Assembly: GCA_044226625.1 (NCBI GenBank)
Contig: JBGAGQ010000007.1
Location: 77,750 to 141,749, forward strand
DNA: 64,000 nucleotides
From: Thermoanaerobaculia bacterium
GTDB taxonomy: Bacteria > Acidobacteriota > Thermoanaerobaculia > Multivoradales > UBA5704
Direction of reading: 5' to 3'
Shown one piece after another: positions 1-9,369 of the stretch (position 1 is the first letter of the stretch; each line of letters starts with the position of its first letter). Both the position numbers and the translations under genes were made by a program. The notes beneath the pieces are model-generated. The model was given only the letters and a program-made list of their open reading frames with translations. It was not told the origin of the DNA and did not search any database.

Positions 1-453
1 GCCGGTGAGGCGGTCGGTGAACAGCACGCCGTCCAGATGGTCGAGCTCGTGACAGATCGCACGCGCCATCCACTCCTCCGCTTCGACCGAGAACGGCTCG
101 CCGTTGGCGTGCGCGGCCTCGACCACGATGCGCGTCGGGCGCTCGACTTTCTCGGTGATCCCGGGCAGCGACAGGCATCCTTCGACGTCGACGGCCGCAC
201 CTTCCCGGTCGACGATTCGCGGGTTCACCAGCACCAGGAGGGCGTCGGCCGATTCGCCGACCGAGAGGTCGACCACGGCGACACGGCGATCGACACCGAC
301 CTGCGGCGCGGCGAGCCCGATGCCCGGCGCGGCGTGCATCGTCTCGACCATGTCGGCGACCAGCCGGGCGAGCTCGGCGTCGAACGAATCGACGTCGCGG
401 CATTGCGCCCTGAGCACGGGATCGGGATAGAGACGGATCGGCAGAATCGACAT
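1..453 (-). CDS. def: peptide deformylase (3' end runs off the window)
   Basis: Manual minus-strand translation begins MSILPIRLYPDPVLR and contains the HExxH motif ARAICHELDHLDGVLF. Not in the ORF track because it is truncated. Confidence 0.93.
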   Translation of the reverse strand, partial: MSILPIRLYPDPVLRAQCRDVDSFDAELARLVADMVETMHAAPGIGLAAPQVGVDRRVAVVDLSVGESADALLVLVNPRIVDREGAAVDVEGCLSLPGITEKVERPTRIVVEAAHANGEPFSVEAEEWMARAICHELDHLDGVLFTDRLTG

Positions 454-459
454 TCGGTG

Positions 460-1359
460 CTAAACCCCGCGAAGCCGGCGCACCGAGGCGAGCACGGCCC
501 GGTCGGTGCGTTGCTCGCGCAAGGCTTCGAGCATTCCGCGCGGATCGGGGTTGCCGACCAGCGCCTGCTCCAGTCCTTCGCGGTCGAGCCGCAGCAGGGT
601 GACGTTTTCGACCACCACGTAGTTCGCCGGCCATTCGCCGTGCTCGAGGAGCACCGACTCGCCGAGGATGTCGCCCGAGGTGAAGCTGCGCAGGGTCTGG
701 TCCTGGCCGGCGACCTTGATGCGCGCCTCGACCAGGCCGCGCACGATGACATAGAGGACGCCGTCCTTGGCCCCCTCCTTCGCCAGCGTCTCTCGTTCCG
801 CCAGGTGACGCAGGTCGACGCGAGAGAACAGACGCTCCAGTTGATCGCCCGCGAGATGCTGGACCAGGGTCGAGCTCACCAGGTGATGCCAGAGGCGCTG
901 CAGCTCGAGCGCCGAGGTGGCCGACCCGCCTTCGGCCTTCTTGAGGCCCGCGAGCGCCAACACGCGCACGCTCTCCAGGCTCTTCTCGCGTTGGATCTTC
1001 TCGATCAGCTGGCGCACCGAGGAGCTGTTCGGGGCGAGCTTTGCCGCGCGTGTGAGCAGCGCGATCCCTTTGTCGTAGAAACCGTCCTCGGCGTACTCCT
1101 CCGCGACGTAGCCGTATTCGATCACGGCGCGGTCGAACTCCTTGAGCTCGGTGTAGACCTCGGCGAGCTTCAGGTGGGAGTGGAGGTCGTCCGGGTTGGT
1201 CTTGAGGCGGGCGCGCAGACGTTCGGCGGCCTCTTCATAGCGCTCGACGACGATCAGGTCGTCGATCGTCAGCTCCTTCTCCCGCTCGGCCTTCTTCGCC
1301 GCCCCCCCTCCGAACCAGCCTTTGAGCGCCACAGCAAGCTCCTTCTCGAGGACCACCAT
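460..1359 (-). CDS. TPR-like N-terminus plus cyclic-nucleotide-binding (cNMP) domain protein
   Basis: Helical repeats, then LAKEGAKDGVLYVIVRGLV...GDILGESVLL, typical of a cNMP-binding fold. Start uncertain. Confidence 0.75.
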   Translation of the reverse strand: MVVLEKELAVALKGWFGGGAAKKAEREKELTIDDLIVVERYEEAAERLRARLKTNPDDLHSHLKLAEVYTELKEFDRAVIEYGYVAEEYAEDGFYDKGIALLTRAAKLAPNSSSVRQLIEKIQREKSLESVRVLALAGLKKAEGGSATSALELQRLWHHLVSSTLVQHLAGDQLERLFSRVDLRHLAERETLAKEGAKDGVLYVIVRGLVEARIKVAGQDQTLRSFTSGDILGESVLLEHGEWPANYVVVENVTLLRLDREGLEQALVGNPDPRGMLEALREQRTDRAVLASVRRLRGV

Positions 1360-1688
1360 CCATCCCGCGGCCCCAGTCCCTCGGGACGCCGATCGGCTTC
1401 GCCCGAACTGGAGACACGACCGACCGTTCGAAGGGACGGCAAACGGCGATGATTATAGACATAGCGGGCTCGAAAGAGTTTGCCGCCCGGCGCGGGCTTC
1501 GAGGTTGGCGCGAAAAGCCCGGGTTTCTGGCGGCGGTAAGCGCTTTCATGCCCCCTACACCGACATGAGAAGATCTCGCGCAGCGCCTCTTCGCGCCATG
1601 GCACAAAAGCTGCTCTTAACCGGGTCGAGCAAGGGCGTAGACCCTTCGCCCGGACGACCGCCTGGAGCGGTCCGATCAGGAGAGAGAC

Positions 1689-3980
1689 ATGAACCTTCGC
1701 AGCCGATTCCGTCCCCTCGCCGCGCTCGCCCTCGGCGTCTTCGCGCTCGCCTTCGCGGGCCGACCCGCGGGCGCCCAGGACGACGGTGGTTATTCCTATA
1801 TCCGCACCCTCGAAGGATCGGCGACCGTGATCCTCGACGGATCGGACACCCGCGAACCGGCCGAGATCAACCAGCCGATCCTTCCCGGAGACCGCCTCGT
1901 CGTGAACCGCGGCTCGCGCGTCGAGCTGGTCCTTTCCGACCGCAGCCTGGTCCACCTCGACGGCTCGACCGAAGTCGCCTTCGACGAGCTCGCGTTCTCG
2001 CCCGCGGATTCCGACTTTTCTTACGAAGACGACGGCGGCCGGTACGGCTCGCCCTCGGATCGCCGCAACGACGAGGATCGTCGCTCGACGGTCCGCGCTT
2101 CCACCCTGCGTCTGATCGACGGCGAGGCGAGGATCGTGACCGACGACTTCCCGCGCGGCTATGAGGCGCCGGCCGTGGACGTCGGCAACGGCACCGTCTA
2201 CCTGGGCGAGCACGGCTCGTTCCGGCTGATCACCGACCAGGGGGACTGGAGCGAGGTGACCGTGCGCGAGGGTTCGGCGGAGGTCGAAACCGGCCGCGGC
2301 TCGCAGATCGTCCGCGAGGGGCAGACGGCGACGCTCGACGGCGTCACCCGCGCGCGGATCTCGTTCCGGCCGGCGCTCGGCCGAGACGGCCTCGAACGCT
2401 GGGCGGAGGCCCTGCTCGACCAGGGAGACTCCTATCGCGACCGCTACGTCGACGACGACCTGCGCTACGCCTCGGTGCCGCTCTCTCGTTACGGCACCTG
2501 GACCACGATCGATCGTCGCCCAGTTTGGCGCCCCCGCGTCTCGTCCAGCTGGAGGCCCTACTCGCTCGGCCGCTGGCGCACCGGCCCCGGCGGCGCGATC
2601 TGGATCTCGTCCGAGCCCTGGGGCTGGGTTCCCTACCACTACGGCACCTGGGATTACTTCCCCGGTTACGGTTGGGGCTGGGTGCCGGGACGCGTATTCG
2701 CGCCGGCTTGGGTCTACTGGTACTGGGGGCCGAGCTACGTGGGTTGGTGCCCGGTCGGCTATTACACCCGCTATTACGGCGGCTACGGCTTCCGCGGCGG
2801 GCTCTACGGTTGGGCGCACGGCAGCTCCAACTTCTTCGCCGAGTGGAACTTCGTTCCCTTCGGCAGCTTCCGCGACCACGACCTCGGGCGGCGCATCCGG
2901 CGCGGCCGGGATCTCCGCATCGACCTCGGTCGGGGCATCGTGACCACCGACACCCGGCCGCTCGGCCGCGAGCGTTGGGAGCGCTGGAGCGACCCGACGC
3001 GGGCGATCGAGATCCTGCGCCGTGGACGCCCCGAGCTGCCCGACGTCAGCGACTTCGTAGCCCGCAAGCGCGACCTGCCCCCGACGGTCCGCCGCGAGAT
3101 CGCGGTCGAACGCGAGCGTCCGGGCGACCGCCGAGCGGGAACTCCGCTCGCTCCGGGCACCCTGGGCGGCGGCGCCGATGGAGCGGCCCCCGGCGCGCGG
3201 ACGGCCGACCTGCCGCGCGGACGGACCCGCTGGAACACGGGGGGTGGCGCGGTCGAGGGCCAGCCGGCTCCGAACGGCGGCGAGGTCGATCGCGGCCGGG
3301 GCAACGAGCGGTCGGGCCTCGACACCCGGTCCCAACCCCGGGACGACGGGCGCTCGGGCCTCGATACGCGCGAAACCGGCAGGGAAACGAGTCGCGAGAC
3401 CGGCCGGGAGACGGATCGCGACGGCGGCCGTTCTGGCCTCGACACCCGGGACACCGGCAGGGAACGCGTCGACTCGAACCGGCGGACCGGTGGCGACACT
3501 CCGGCGAACGACAGTCCGAGCACGGAACGCCGACGCTCGGAGCCGTCCGCGCGCCCGTCCGGCGAAGATTCGAGCCCCCCCTCCGGCGAGCCCGTACCGG
3601 TGGAGCGCCGGCGTCCGATCTACGAGCGGCCCGACGATTCGAACGGCCGCGGCTCAGGCTCGAACACTCGAGACGCCGAGCCCGAACCGGTCCGCGAGCG
3701 GCCGATCGTGCGCGAGCGGCCGAACGACTCGCCGCCCCCTTCCGATCCGCCGCCGTCGTATCGGCGCGAAGAGCCCGCGCCGCGCCGGGACGAGCCCTCC
3801 GCCTCGCGGCGGGAGGCTCCCTCTTCGCCGCCCCCGCAGGAGGCGAAGCCGCGCGAGAACCCGAGCCCGGATTCCAGCTCGGATTCGAGCTCGAATCGCT
3901 CCTCCGGCCGTAGGCAGAACCGCGAGCGCCCCCCGTCGAACGACGAAGGCGACGCCGGAAGCCCGCCGCCGCGCCGATAG
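1689..3980 (+). CDS. secreted FecR-like plus DUF6600-type protein with long disordered Pro/Arg tail
   Basis: Signal peptide; FecR-like N-domain; WRPYSLGRW...EPWGWVPYHYGTW...GWGWVPG...PAWVYW motif; RBS GGAGAG upstream. Confidence 0.8.
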   Translation: MNLRSRFRPLAALALGVFALAFAGRPAGAQDDGGYSYIRTLEGSATVILDGSDTREPAEINQPILPGDRLVVNRGSRVELVLSDRSLVHLDGSTEVAFDELAFSPADSDFSYEDDGGRYGSPSDRRNDEDRRSTVRASTLRLIDGEARIVTDDFPRGYEAPAVDVGNGTVYLGEHGSFRLITDQGDWSEVTVREGSAEVETGRGSQIVREGQTATLDGVTRARISFRPALGRDGLERWAEALLDQGDSYRDRYVDDDLRYASVPLSRYGTWTTIDRRPVWRPRVSSSWRPYSLGRWRTGPGGAIWISSEPWGWVPYHYGTWDYFPGYGWGWVPGRVFAPAWVYWYWGPSYVGWCPVGYYTRYYGGYGFRGGLYGWAHGSSNFFAEWNFVPFGSFRDHDLGRRIRRGRDLRIDLGRGIVTTDTRPLGRERWERWSDPTRAIEILRRGRPELPDVSDFVARKRDLPPTVRREIAVERERPGDRRAGTPLAPGTLGGGADGAAPGARTADLPRGRTRWNTGGGAVEGQPAPNGGEVDRGRGNERSGLDTRSQPRDDGRSGLDTRETGRETSRETGRETDRDGGRSGLDTRDTGRERVDSNRRTGGDTPANDSPSTERRRSEPSARPSGEDSSPPSGEPVPVERRRPIYERPDDSNGRGSGSNTRDAEPEPVRERPIVRERPNDSPPPSDPPPSYRREEPAPRRDEPSASRREAPSSPPPQEAKPRENPSPDSSSDSSSNRSSGRRQNRERPPSNDEGDAGSPPPRR

Positions 3981-4007
3981 GTTCTTCTTCAGCTTCCTCA
4001 TCTCGAG

Positions 4008-4039
4008 CCCGCCGGGACCTGACGTCCCGGCGGGTTTTT
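4008..4039 (+). terminator. rho-independent terminator
   Basis: CCCGCCGGGAC-loop-GTCCCGGCGGG followed by TTTTT, between convergent genes. Confidence 0.75.
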
Positions 4040-4050
4040 CTTCGTCTTCC

Positions 4051-4812
4051 CTACTTCGCCTTCCTCCGGGCCTTCTCTCCGGACCCCGTGCCGAGCTTCG
4101 CTTCGATCCGGGGATGGGTGAGCTCGCGCAGAGCCTCTTTCCCGATCCGGCGCGCCGAGGGAGCGGACGAATCGGCGAGGCGCCGCGAGACGGCGACCGC
4201 CTCGGCGTGGAGCCGCGCGCTTCGGCGGCCGATCCTTCGCAGCGCCCAACTGATCCCTTTCCAGACGAAGTTCCGCTCGTCGGAAGCCTCTCGTTCGATC
4301 CACGCGAGGCCTTCGAGAAACCGTTCGTCCGGAGCCTTCTTGTCGTGCCCGGCGAGGCTCGCGAGCAGGGCGAACGCGGCCCGTTTGACGAACTCCTCCG
4401 GGCGTTCGCTCCACTGACGCGCCTTTTCCCAGGCGTGCGGCGTGCGATCGAACAGATGGAAGCACAGGGTGTCGCAGATCGCCCAGTTGTCGAAGTCCTC
4501 GGTCCAACGATCCATCTGCTCGGGGGTGACGAGCGCCGGCTCGTCCACGAACGAGGCGAGGAGACGCGCCTCGTACCAACCGGTCGCCCACAGCGCCGCG
4601 GCGAGATCGTGGCTTCGGCCAAGGCTCTTACCCAGGCGTTGCACGTTCTCCATCGACACCCCGAACGCAGGATCGGCTCGGATGCCGAAGCGGACCAGAT
4701 TCTCGCGGTAGGCGTCGGTGCTTTCCCGCTCGAGCCAGGCGAGCGCCTGCTCGACGCGAGGATCCGCGGGACCCCGGTCCGCCTCGGAGCGGGCTCGTTT
4801 CTTCGGTGGCAT
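4051..4812 (-). CDS. DNA alkylation repair protein (AlkD-like HEAT repeat)
   Basis: LWATGWYEARLLA...FDNWAICDTLC...EEFVKRAAF...DERNFVWKGISWALRRIG. Start trimmed to the ATG at 4812. Confidence 0.85.
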   Translation of the reverse strand: MPPKKRARSEADRGPADPRVEQALAWLERESTDAYRENLVRFGIRADPAFGVSMENVQRLGKSLGRSHDLAAALWATGWYEARLLASFVDEPALVTPEQMDRWTEDFDNWAICDTLCFHLFDRTPHAWEKARQWSERPEEFVKRAAFALLASLAGHDKKAPDERFLEGLAWIEREASDERNFVWKGISWALRRIGRRSARLHAEAVAVSRRLADSSAPSARRIGKEALRELTHPRIEAKLGTGSGEKARRKAK

Positions 4813-4835
4813 GACGGGGCTCCTCGGCTTGGCCG

Positions 4836-5327
4836 TCAATCCGCACGCTCGGCCGCGAGCAGCTCGGCCAGGCGGTCGTAGCTCGCCGCGACGCCGTCTT
4901 CCATCGGCGCGGCGAGGACCGCGTCGCGCGACTCTTTCGAGGCATACAAAATCGACAGGCGGAGCGTCGTCCGTCCGTTCTCCTCGGTCAGCGTCGTCGT
5001 GTTGAGCGCCTCGCCGGGATACCAGGGGTCGTCGAAAATCTCGGTCTGAACGATCCGCTCCGGAGACACGATCTCCCGAAACACGCCCCCCATCCCCATC
5101 TCCGTCCCTTGCGCGTTGCGCCAGACGTACCGGTACGCTCCGCCGATCCGCAAATCGATCTCGCATACGGGCATCGTCCAGCCCTCCGGCCCGAGAAGCC
5201 ATCTCCGGATCAGTTCGGGACGGGTCATCGCCTCGAACACCAGCTGGCGCGGCGCCTCGAAGAGGCGGGACATCGAGATCTCTCGATCGGAAGGGGTGGA
5301 GACGGTCAGTTGGCCGACGTTTCTCAT
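4836..5327 (-). CDS. SRPBCC/AHSA1 family protein
   Basis: SDREISMSRLFEAPRQLVFEAMTRPELIRRW...CEIDLRIGGAYRYVW; ATGA overlap with the ArsR gene. Confidence 0.9.
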   Translation of the reverse strand: MRNVGQLTVSTPSDREISMSRLFEAPRQLVFEAMTRPELIRRWLLGPEGWTMPVCEIDLRIGGAYRYVWRNAQGTEMGMGGVFREIVSPERIVQTEIFDDPWYPGEALNTTTLTEENGRTTLRLSILYASKESRDAVLAAPMEDGVAASYDRLAELLAAERAD

Positions 5328-5701
5328 GATTTCTCTCCTGGGGTCTGGGTCTGCGCGGTCTTCATCTCGTCCAGCAGGGCTTCGAGACGCTCGAAACGCA
5401 CCTGCCAGAAACGGCGGTAGCCCTCGAGCCACTCGCTCGCCGCGGCGAGCGGTGCAGCCTCGAGCTGGCAAGGCCGGCGCTGCGCGTCCTTGCCGCGGGA
5501 GATCAGGCCGGCGCGCTCGAGCACCTTCAAGTGCTTGGAGATCGCCGGCTGGCTCATCTCGAACGGCTCGGCAAGCTCCGAAACCGAGGCGGCGCCGGAG
5601 GCGAGGCGGGCAAGAATCGCCCGCCGGGTCGGGTCCGCCAGCGCGGCGAACGTCGCGTCGAGCGCGTCGGGTGCCAGGCTTCCATAACTGATGGGTTCCA
5701 T
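5324..5701 (-). CDS. ArsR/SmtB family transcriptional regulator
   Basis: LDATFAALADPTRRAILARL...SQPAISKHLKVLERAGLI; usual partner of SRPBCC genes. Confidence 0.92.
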   Translation of the reverse strand: MEPISYGSLAPDALDATFAALADPTRRAILARLASGAASVSELAEPFEMSQPAISKHLKVLERAGLISRGKDAQRRPCQLEAAPLAAASEWLEGYRRFWQVRFERLEALLDEMKTAQTQTPGEKS

Positions 5702-5777
5702 AACCAGCAGGTTATGATTGAGGCGGAGGCGCCGTCAACCCCCGAATGCGGCCAGAAATCCGGCCCGCACGGCTAGA

Positions 5778-6155
5778 ATGGCGCCCTCGATGCGCCCCGG
5801 TCTCCTCACCCGCCTACTCTTCGTCTCGTACTGCCTGGAAGCGGGGATGTTCTTGGTCATGGTTCCTTGGAGCCCGGCCTGGGATCGGACCGCGATCCAG
5901 ATCCCGATTCCCTTCCTCGCCGCGATCTTCCACACCACGTTCGCGCGCGCGGCGCTTTCCGGCTTCGGGATGGTCCACCTGATCTGGGGGGTCCACGATC
6001 TGAACGACCTCTGGCCTCGCCCGCGGCGCGAAGTTCCCGCGGCGGCGTCCGTGGCTTCCGAGGTCTCCGGAACCTCCGACGCTCCCTCCGCCGGGCACCG
6101 TGCCGCCGAGCCCGAGACCCCCGGTGCCCCCGGTGCAGCAACCCCCGGGATTTGA
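5778..6155 (+). CDS. small membrane protein of unknown function
   Basis: Two hydrophobic segments (LLFVSYCLEAGMFLVMVPWS; ALSGFGMVHLIWG); leads a plus-strand gene run. Confidence 0.6.
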   Translation: MAPSMRPGLLTRLLFVSYCLEAGMFLVMVPWSPAWDRTAIQIPIPFLAAIFHTTFARAALSGFGMVHLIWGVHDLNDLWPRPRREVPAAASVASEVSGTSDAPSAGHRAAEPETPGAPGAATPGI

Positions 6156-6807
6156 CCTCCTGGCGATCAGCGACCGACGGCTCGTGCCCGGCGGCGCGCT
6201 CGAGCCCTGGCTCGCGAGCCTCGGGGCGGCCGGTGTCGGGGGGGTGCAAATCCGCGAGAAGGATCTCTCGGATCGCGATCTCCACGCGCTCGCGGTCGCC
6301 GCGCGGCGCCTTCTCCCCCCGGAGACCACCCTCCTGGTGAACGGCCGCGCGGACCTGGCGATCGCCGTCGCAAACTTCCCCCCGGACGACGGGTCCGACA
6401 CCGGCATCCGACCGAGGGTAGGGGTTCACCTGCCGGCGGCCGGCCTGCCGATCGCGCCGCTGCGCGCCCGATTCGGCTCCCGGCTCCTGATCGGGAGCTC
6501 GACCCATTCGATCGCCGAGGTGGCAAGCGCGCGCGACGCGGGGGCCGACTTCGCCACCTTCGGCCCGGTATACCCCACGCCGAGTAAGGCGGCGTACGGC
6601 GACCCGGTCGGCCTGCCGGCCCTCGAACGGGCCGCCGCCCTCGGCCTCCCCCTGTACGCCCTCGGCGGCGTTACACTAGAGCGTCTGCCTGAGCTGGCGC
6701 GGGCGGGCGCCGCCGGGGCCGCCGGGATCCGCATCTTCCTCGAGCCCGGGGCGCTGCCGGACCTCGTCGCGGCCGGCCGCCGGCACTTCGCTTCCCGCCG
6801 CACATGA
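6100..6807 (+). CDS. thiE: thiamine-phosphate synthase / TenI family protein
   Basis: VQIREKDL, LLVNGRADLA, GVHL, GSSTHS, FGPVYPTPSK and YALGGV motifs. Confidence 0.8.
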   Translation: MPPSPRPPVPPVQQPPGFDLLAISDRRLVPGGALEPWLASLGAAGVGGVQIREKDLSDRDLHALAVAARRLLPPETTLLVNGRADLAIAVANFPPDDGSDTGIRPRVGVHLPAAGLPIAPLRARFGSRLLIGSSTHSIAEVASARDAGADFATFGPVYPTPSKAAYGDPVGLPALERAAALGLPLYALGGVTLERLPELARAGAAGAAGIRIFLEPGALPDLVAAGRRHFASRRT

Positions 6808-6868
6808 CCGACATCTCCACGAGGCTCCCAGCTTGAACCGCGACGTAGACGAAATCGAGGCGCGAGCG

Positions 6869-7387
6869 ATGCCGAGATCTCCACGGAAGCTCGGCTTCCT
6901 CCTCCTCTCGCTCGCCATCCTGGTCTTCGACCAGTGGACGAAATGGCTGATCGAGCTCCACCTTCCGCTCCACGCGTCGGAATCGATCATCCGCGGACTC
7001 GCGAACTTCACCCACGTGCGAAACACCGGCGTCGCGTTCGGGCTGTTCGCCGCGCAAGGGGTCGCGAGCGGCAGTTGGCTGCTCACCGCCCTCGGACTCG
7101 GCGCGCTCACGGCGGTCTGCATCTATTTCTGGCGCACGCCGACCAAGGACCGGACCCTGCTCACCGCGCTCGCCCTGGTGGTCGGCGGCGCGCTCGGCAA
7201 TCTGCTGGACCGCGCGGCGACCGGCGCCGTGACCGACTTCGTCGATCTGTTCGTCGGGCTGCATCATTGGCCGGCGTTCAACGTGGCCGACGCCGCGATC
7301 TCGATCGGCATCGTCCTGATGGCGATCGACAGCCTGAAGCGCCGCCACCCGAGCCCGGAGCCGGCGGAACCCGCGGCGACGGCCTAG
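6869..7387 (+). CDS. lspA: lipoprotein signal peptidase II
   Basis: DQWTK, NTGVAFG, GGALGNLLDR, VTDF, WPAFNVADAAI. Confidence 0.95.
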   Translation: MPRSPRKLGFLLLSLAILVFDQWTKWLIELHLPLHASESIIRGLANFTHVRNTGVAFGLFAAQGVASGSWLLTALGLGALTAVCIYFWRTPTKDRTLLTALALVVGGALGNLLDRAATGAVTDFVDLFVGLHHWPAFNVADAAISIGIVLMAIDSLKRRHPSPEPAEPAATA

Positions 7388-8371
7388 ATGGGACACCCCG
7401 CGCCCACCAGCTGGGTGGTCGCTCCGCCGTCGCCGGGCGAGCCGGCGCCTCCCCACGATCGAATCGACCGCCACGTCGCGCACCACCTGGACATCCCGCG
7501 CAACCAGGTTCAGCGCTGGCTGCGCGAGGGGAGGGTCACGAAGAACGGCAAGGCGGTTTCAGGATCCGAGCCGGTGCTCGCCGGAGACCGAATCTCCTGC
7601 GATCCCCCTGCTCCGGCGGACGATCGCATCGAGGCGGAGCACGGCGATCTCTCCTTGCTCTACGAGGATGCGGACCTGCTCGTGTTGGACAAACCCGCGG
7701 GGCTCGCCGTCCATCCGGGAGCCGGCCGGGCGACCGGAACGCTCGCCCACTTCCTGCTCGGGCACGACGCGGGCATCGCCGGGGTGGGTGGACCGGGGCG
7801 GCCGGGGATCGTCCACCGCCTCGACCTCGGCACGAGCGGCGCGCTGGTCGTGGCGAAGACCCCCGAGGCCTACCGGGCGCTCTCCGAGGCGTTCGCCACC
7901 CGCGCGGTCGAGAAGCGCTATCTCGCGATCGTCCATGGCGCGCCGAAACCGCCCGAAGGAACGATCGAAGCTCCGATCGGCCGCCATCCGACCCAACGCC
8001 AGGAGATGGCCGTGGTATCGCGAGGCCGGCCGGCGCGCACCGACTACCGTACCGTCGCCGCGTCCGCGGGGCTCGCGCTGCTCGCGCTCCATCTCCACAC
8101 GGGACGGACCCACCAGATCCGCGTCCACGCCAAGCATCTGGGACATCCGTTGGTGGGGGATCCGGTCTACGGTGAGGCGCGTTGGAAGAACCTCGAAAAA
8201 CGTCGTCAGGCCGTCGTCCGCGATTTCGGCCGCCCCGCTCTCCACGCTTGGCGACTGGCGTTCGCCCACCCCACCACCGGGGCGCCGCTCGCTTTCGAAG
8301 CGCCGGTCCCCGTGGATCTCCGAACCCTCTGGTCGGAGGCGACGGGCTCCCCCTGGCCCTTGCCTTCCTGA
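7388..8371 (+). CDS. rluD: RluA/RluD family pseudouridine synthase
   Basis: S4-like N-terminus, KPAGLAVHPG, RPGIVHRLD, TGRTHQIRVH, GDPVYG, LHA; adjacent to lspA. Confidence 0.88.
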   Translation: MGHPAPTSWVVAPPSPGEPAPPHDRIDRHVAHHLDIPRNQVQRWLREGRVTKNGKAVSGSEPVLAGDRISCDPPAPADDRIEAEHGDLSLLYEDADLLVLDKPAGLAVHPGAGRATGTLAHFLLGHDAGIAGVGGPGRPGIVHRLDLGTSGALVVAKTPEAYRALSEAFATRAVEKRYLAIVHGAPKPPEGTIEAPIGRHPTQRQEMAVVSRGRPARTDYRTVAASAGLALLALHLHTGRTHQIRVHAKHLGHPLVGDPVYGEARWKNLEKRRQAVVRDFGRPALHAWRLAFAHPTTGAPLAFEAPVPVDLRTLWSEATGSPWPLPS

Positions 8372-8382
8372 GGAACGAGGAA

Positions 8383-9369
8383 TCAGACCGCGGCGACCGC
8401 GAGGTCGGCGCTCTCGTCGGCCGAACCGTCGGCGGGGTTTGCGGACGGGGCGGCGAGGTACTCCTCGATCATCGCGCCCAGATCGGAGCCTCCCGTGCGC
8501 GAGACCGCCTGCTCGACCAGCTCCCCGGCGAAACCGGCGAGCTCAGCGATCACGCCGAGGTGCCCTTCGCGGGTGAGGGAGGCGAGGTCGTAGCGCGTCG
8601 CATCCACCCATCGGGACGCACGGAAGAGCGCCTGACCGGCCTCCGACGGCCGGCCGAGGCGGAGCCAGACCTCGCCGGCTATGCCGAGGAGCCCGGCGAT
8701 GCGGCGGTTTTCACGCAGCTGGATCGGCGGCAGCGGGAGGGGCCGAGGGACGAAGGGGGTGAAACCGAAACGAGCGAGCGAACGGGCGAAATCGCGTTCT
8801 TTCGGCGCCTCGCGGTGGAACAACGCCTCGAACGCGTCATCGCGGGCGAGCCGGCGACGCTCGGAGGGGGAAAGCTGGGGCGCCACGCCGTGGACGAAGG
8901 TCACCTCCTGGTCGGCCATTCGTTCGCCGATCAGGCTCCAGACTTCCGGATCGTCGGTGAGGCCGGCGAGCAACGGGAAGGCGAGCCCGGCTCCGGCCGG
9001 CATTCGGTCGAGTAGCGAGAGATCCCCCGCGAGCACCGCGGGCAGCGCGTCGACCACGAGGGTCGCGCCCGGGACCGCGGCGCTCTCCCGAGGCAGAAGC
9101 TGGAGCAGGACCGGGGTGCCGCGCGACAGGTGGTCGCGAGCGAGCGCGTCGCGCGCCGCGGCCAGGCGCGGCGGAACCGGCGGCAGGTAGACGACGTCGT
9201 CGAGCGGCTGGCCGGTCAGGGAGGAAAAATCGCTCCCCTCCCCCGCCTCGCCGAGCTTGCCGCGCGAGAGGTCGAGCCAGGGCTCGTTCGCTCCCGGCCA
9301 GTCGCGAGGCGCGAACCGGACCCAGAAACGCGCGGGCTCCGGCCGCGTCGCCGCCCAGCGCAGGCTCAC
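8383..9369 (-). CDS. hypothetical protein; possible degenerate radical-SAM-like body with a PolX-type N-terminal helical (HHH_8-like) domain at its C-terminus
   Basis: GTG start overlaps the ribE stop (GTGA). Contains PLLAGLTDDPE and a C-terminal ENRRIAGLL...ALFRASRWVD...DLASLTREGHL segment; no CxxxCxxC. Confidence 0.55.
   Translation of the reverse strand: MSLRWAATRPEPARFWVRFAPRDWPGANEPWLDLSRGKLGEAGEGSDFSSLTGQPLDDVVYLPPVPPRLAAARDALARDHLSRGTPVLLQLLPRESAAVPGATLVVDALPAVLAGDLSLLDRMPAGAGLAFPLLAGLTDDPEVWSLIGERMADQEVTFVHGVAPQLSPSERRRLARDDAFEALFHREAPKERDFARSLARFGFTPFVPRPLPLPPIQLRENRRIAGLLGIAGEVWLRLGRPSEAGQALFRASRWVDATRYDLASLTREGHLGVIAELAGFAGELVEQAVSRTGGSDLGAMIEEYLAAPSANPADGSADESADLAVAAV

Noticed and set aside
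37-4881. Long ORFs 37-1452 (+), 1269-3335 (-), 2525-3913 (+) and 3178-4881 (+)
   Set aside because: Antisense or alternate-frame shadows of well-supported genes; Arg/Gly/Pro-rich composition typical of high-GC non-coding frames.
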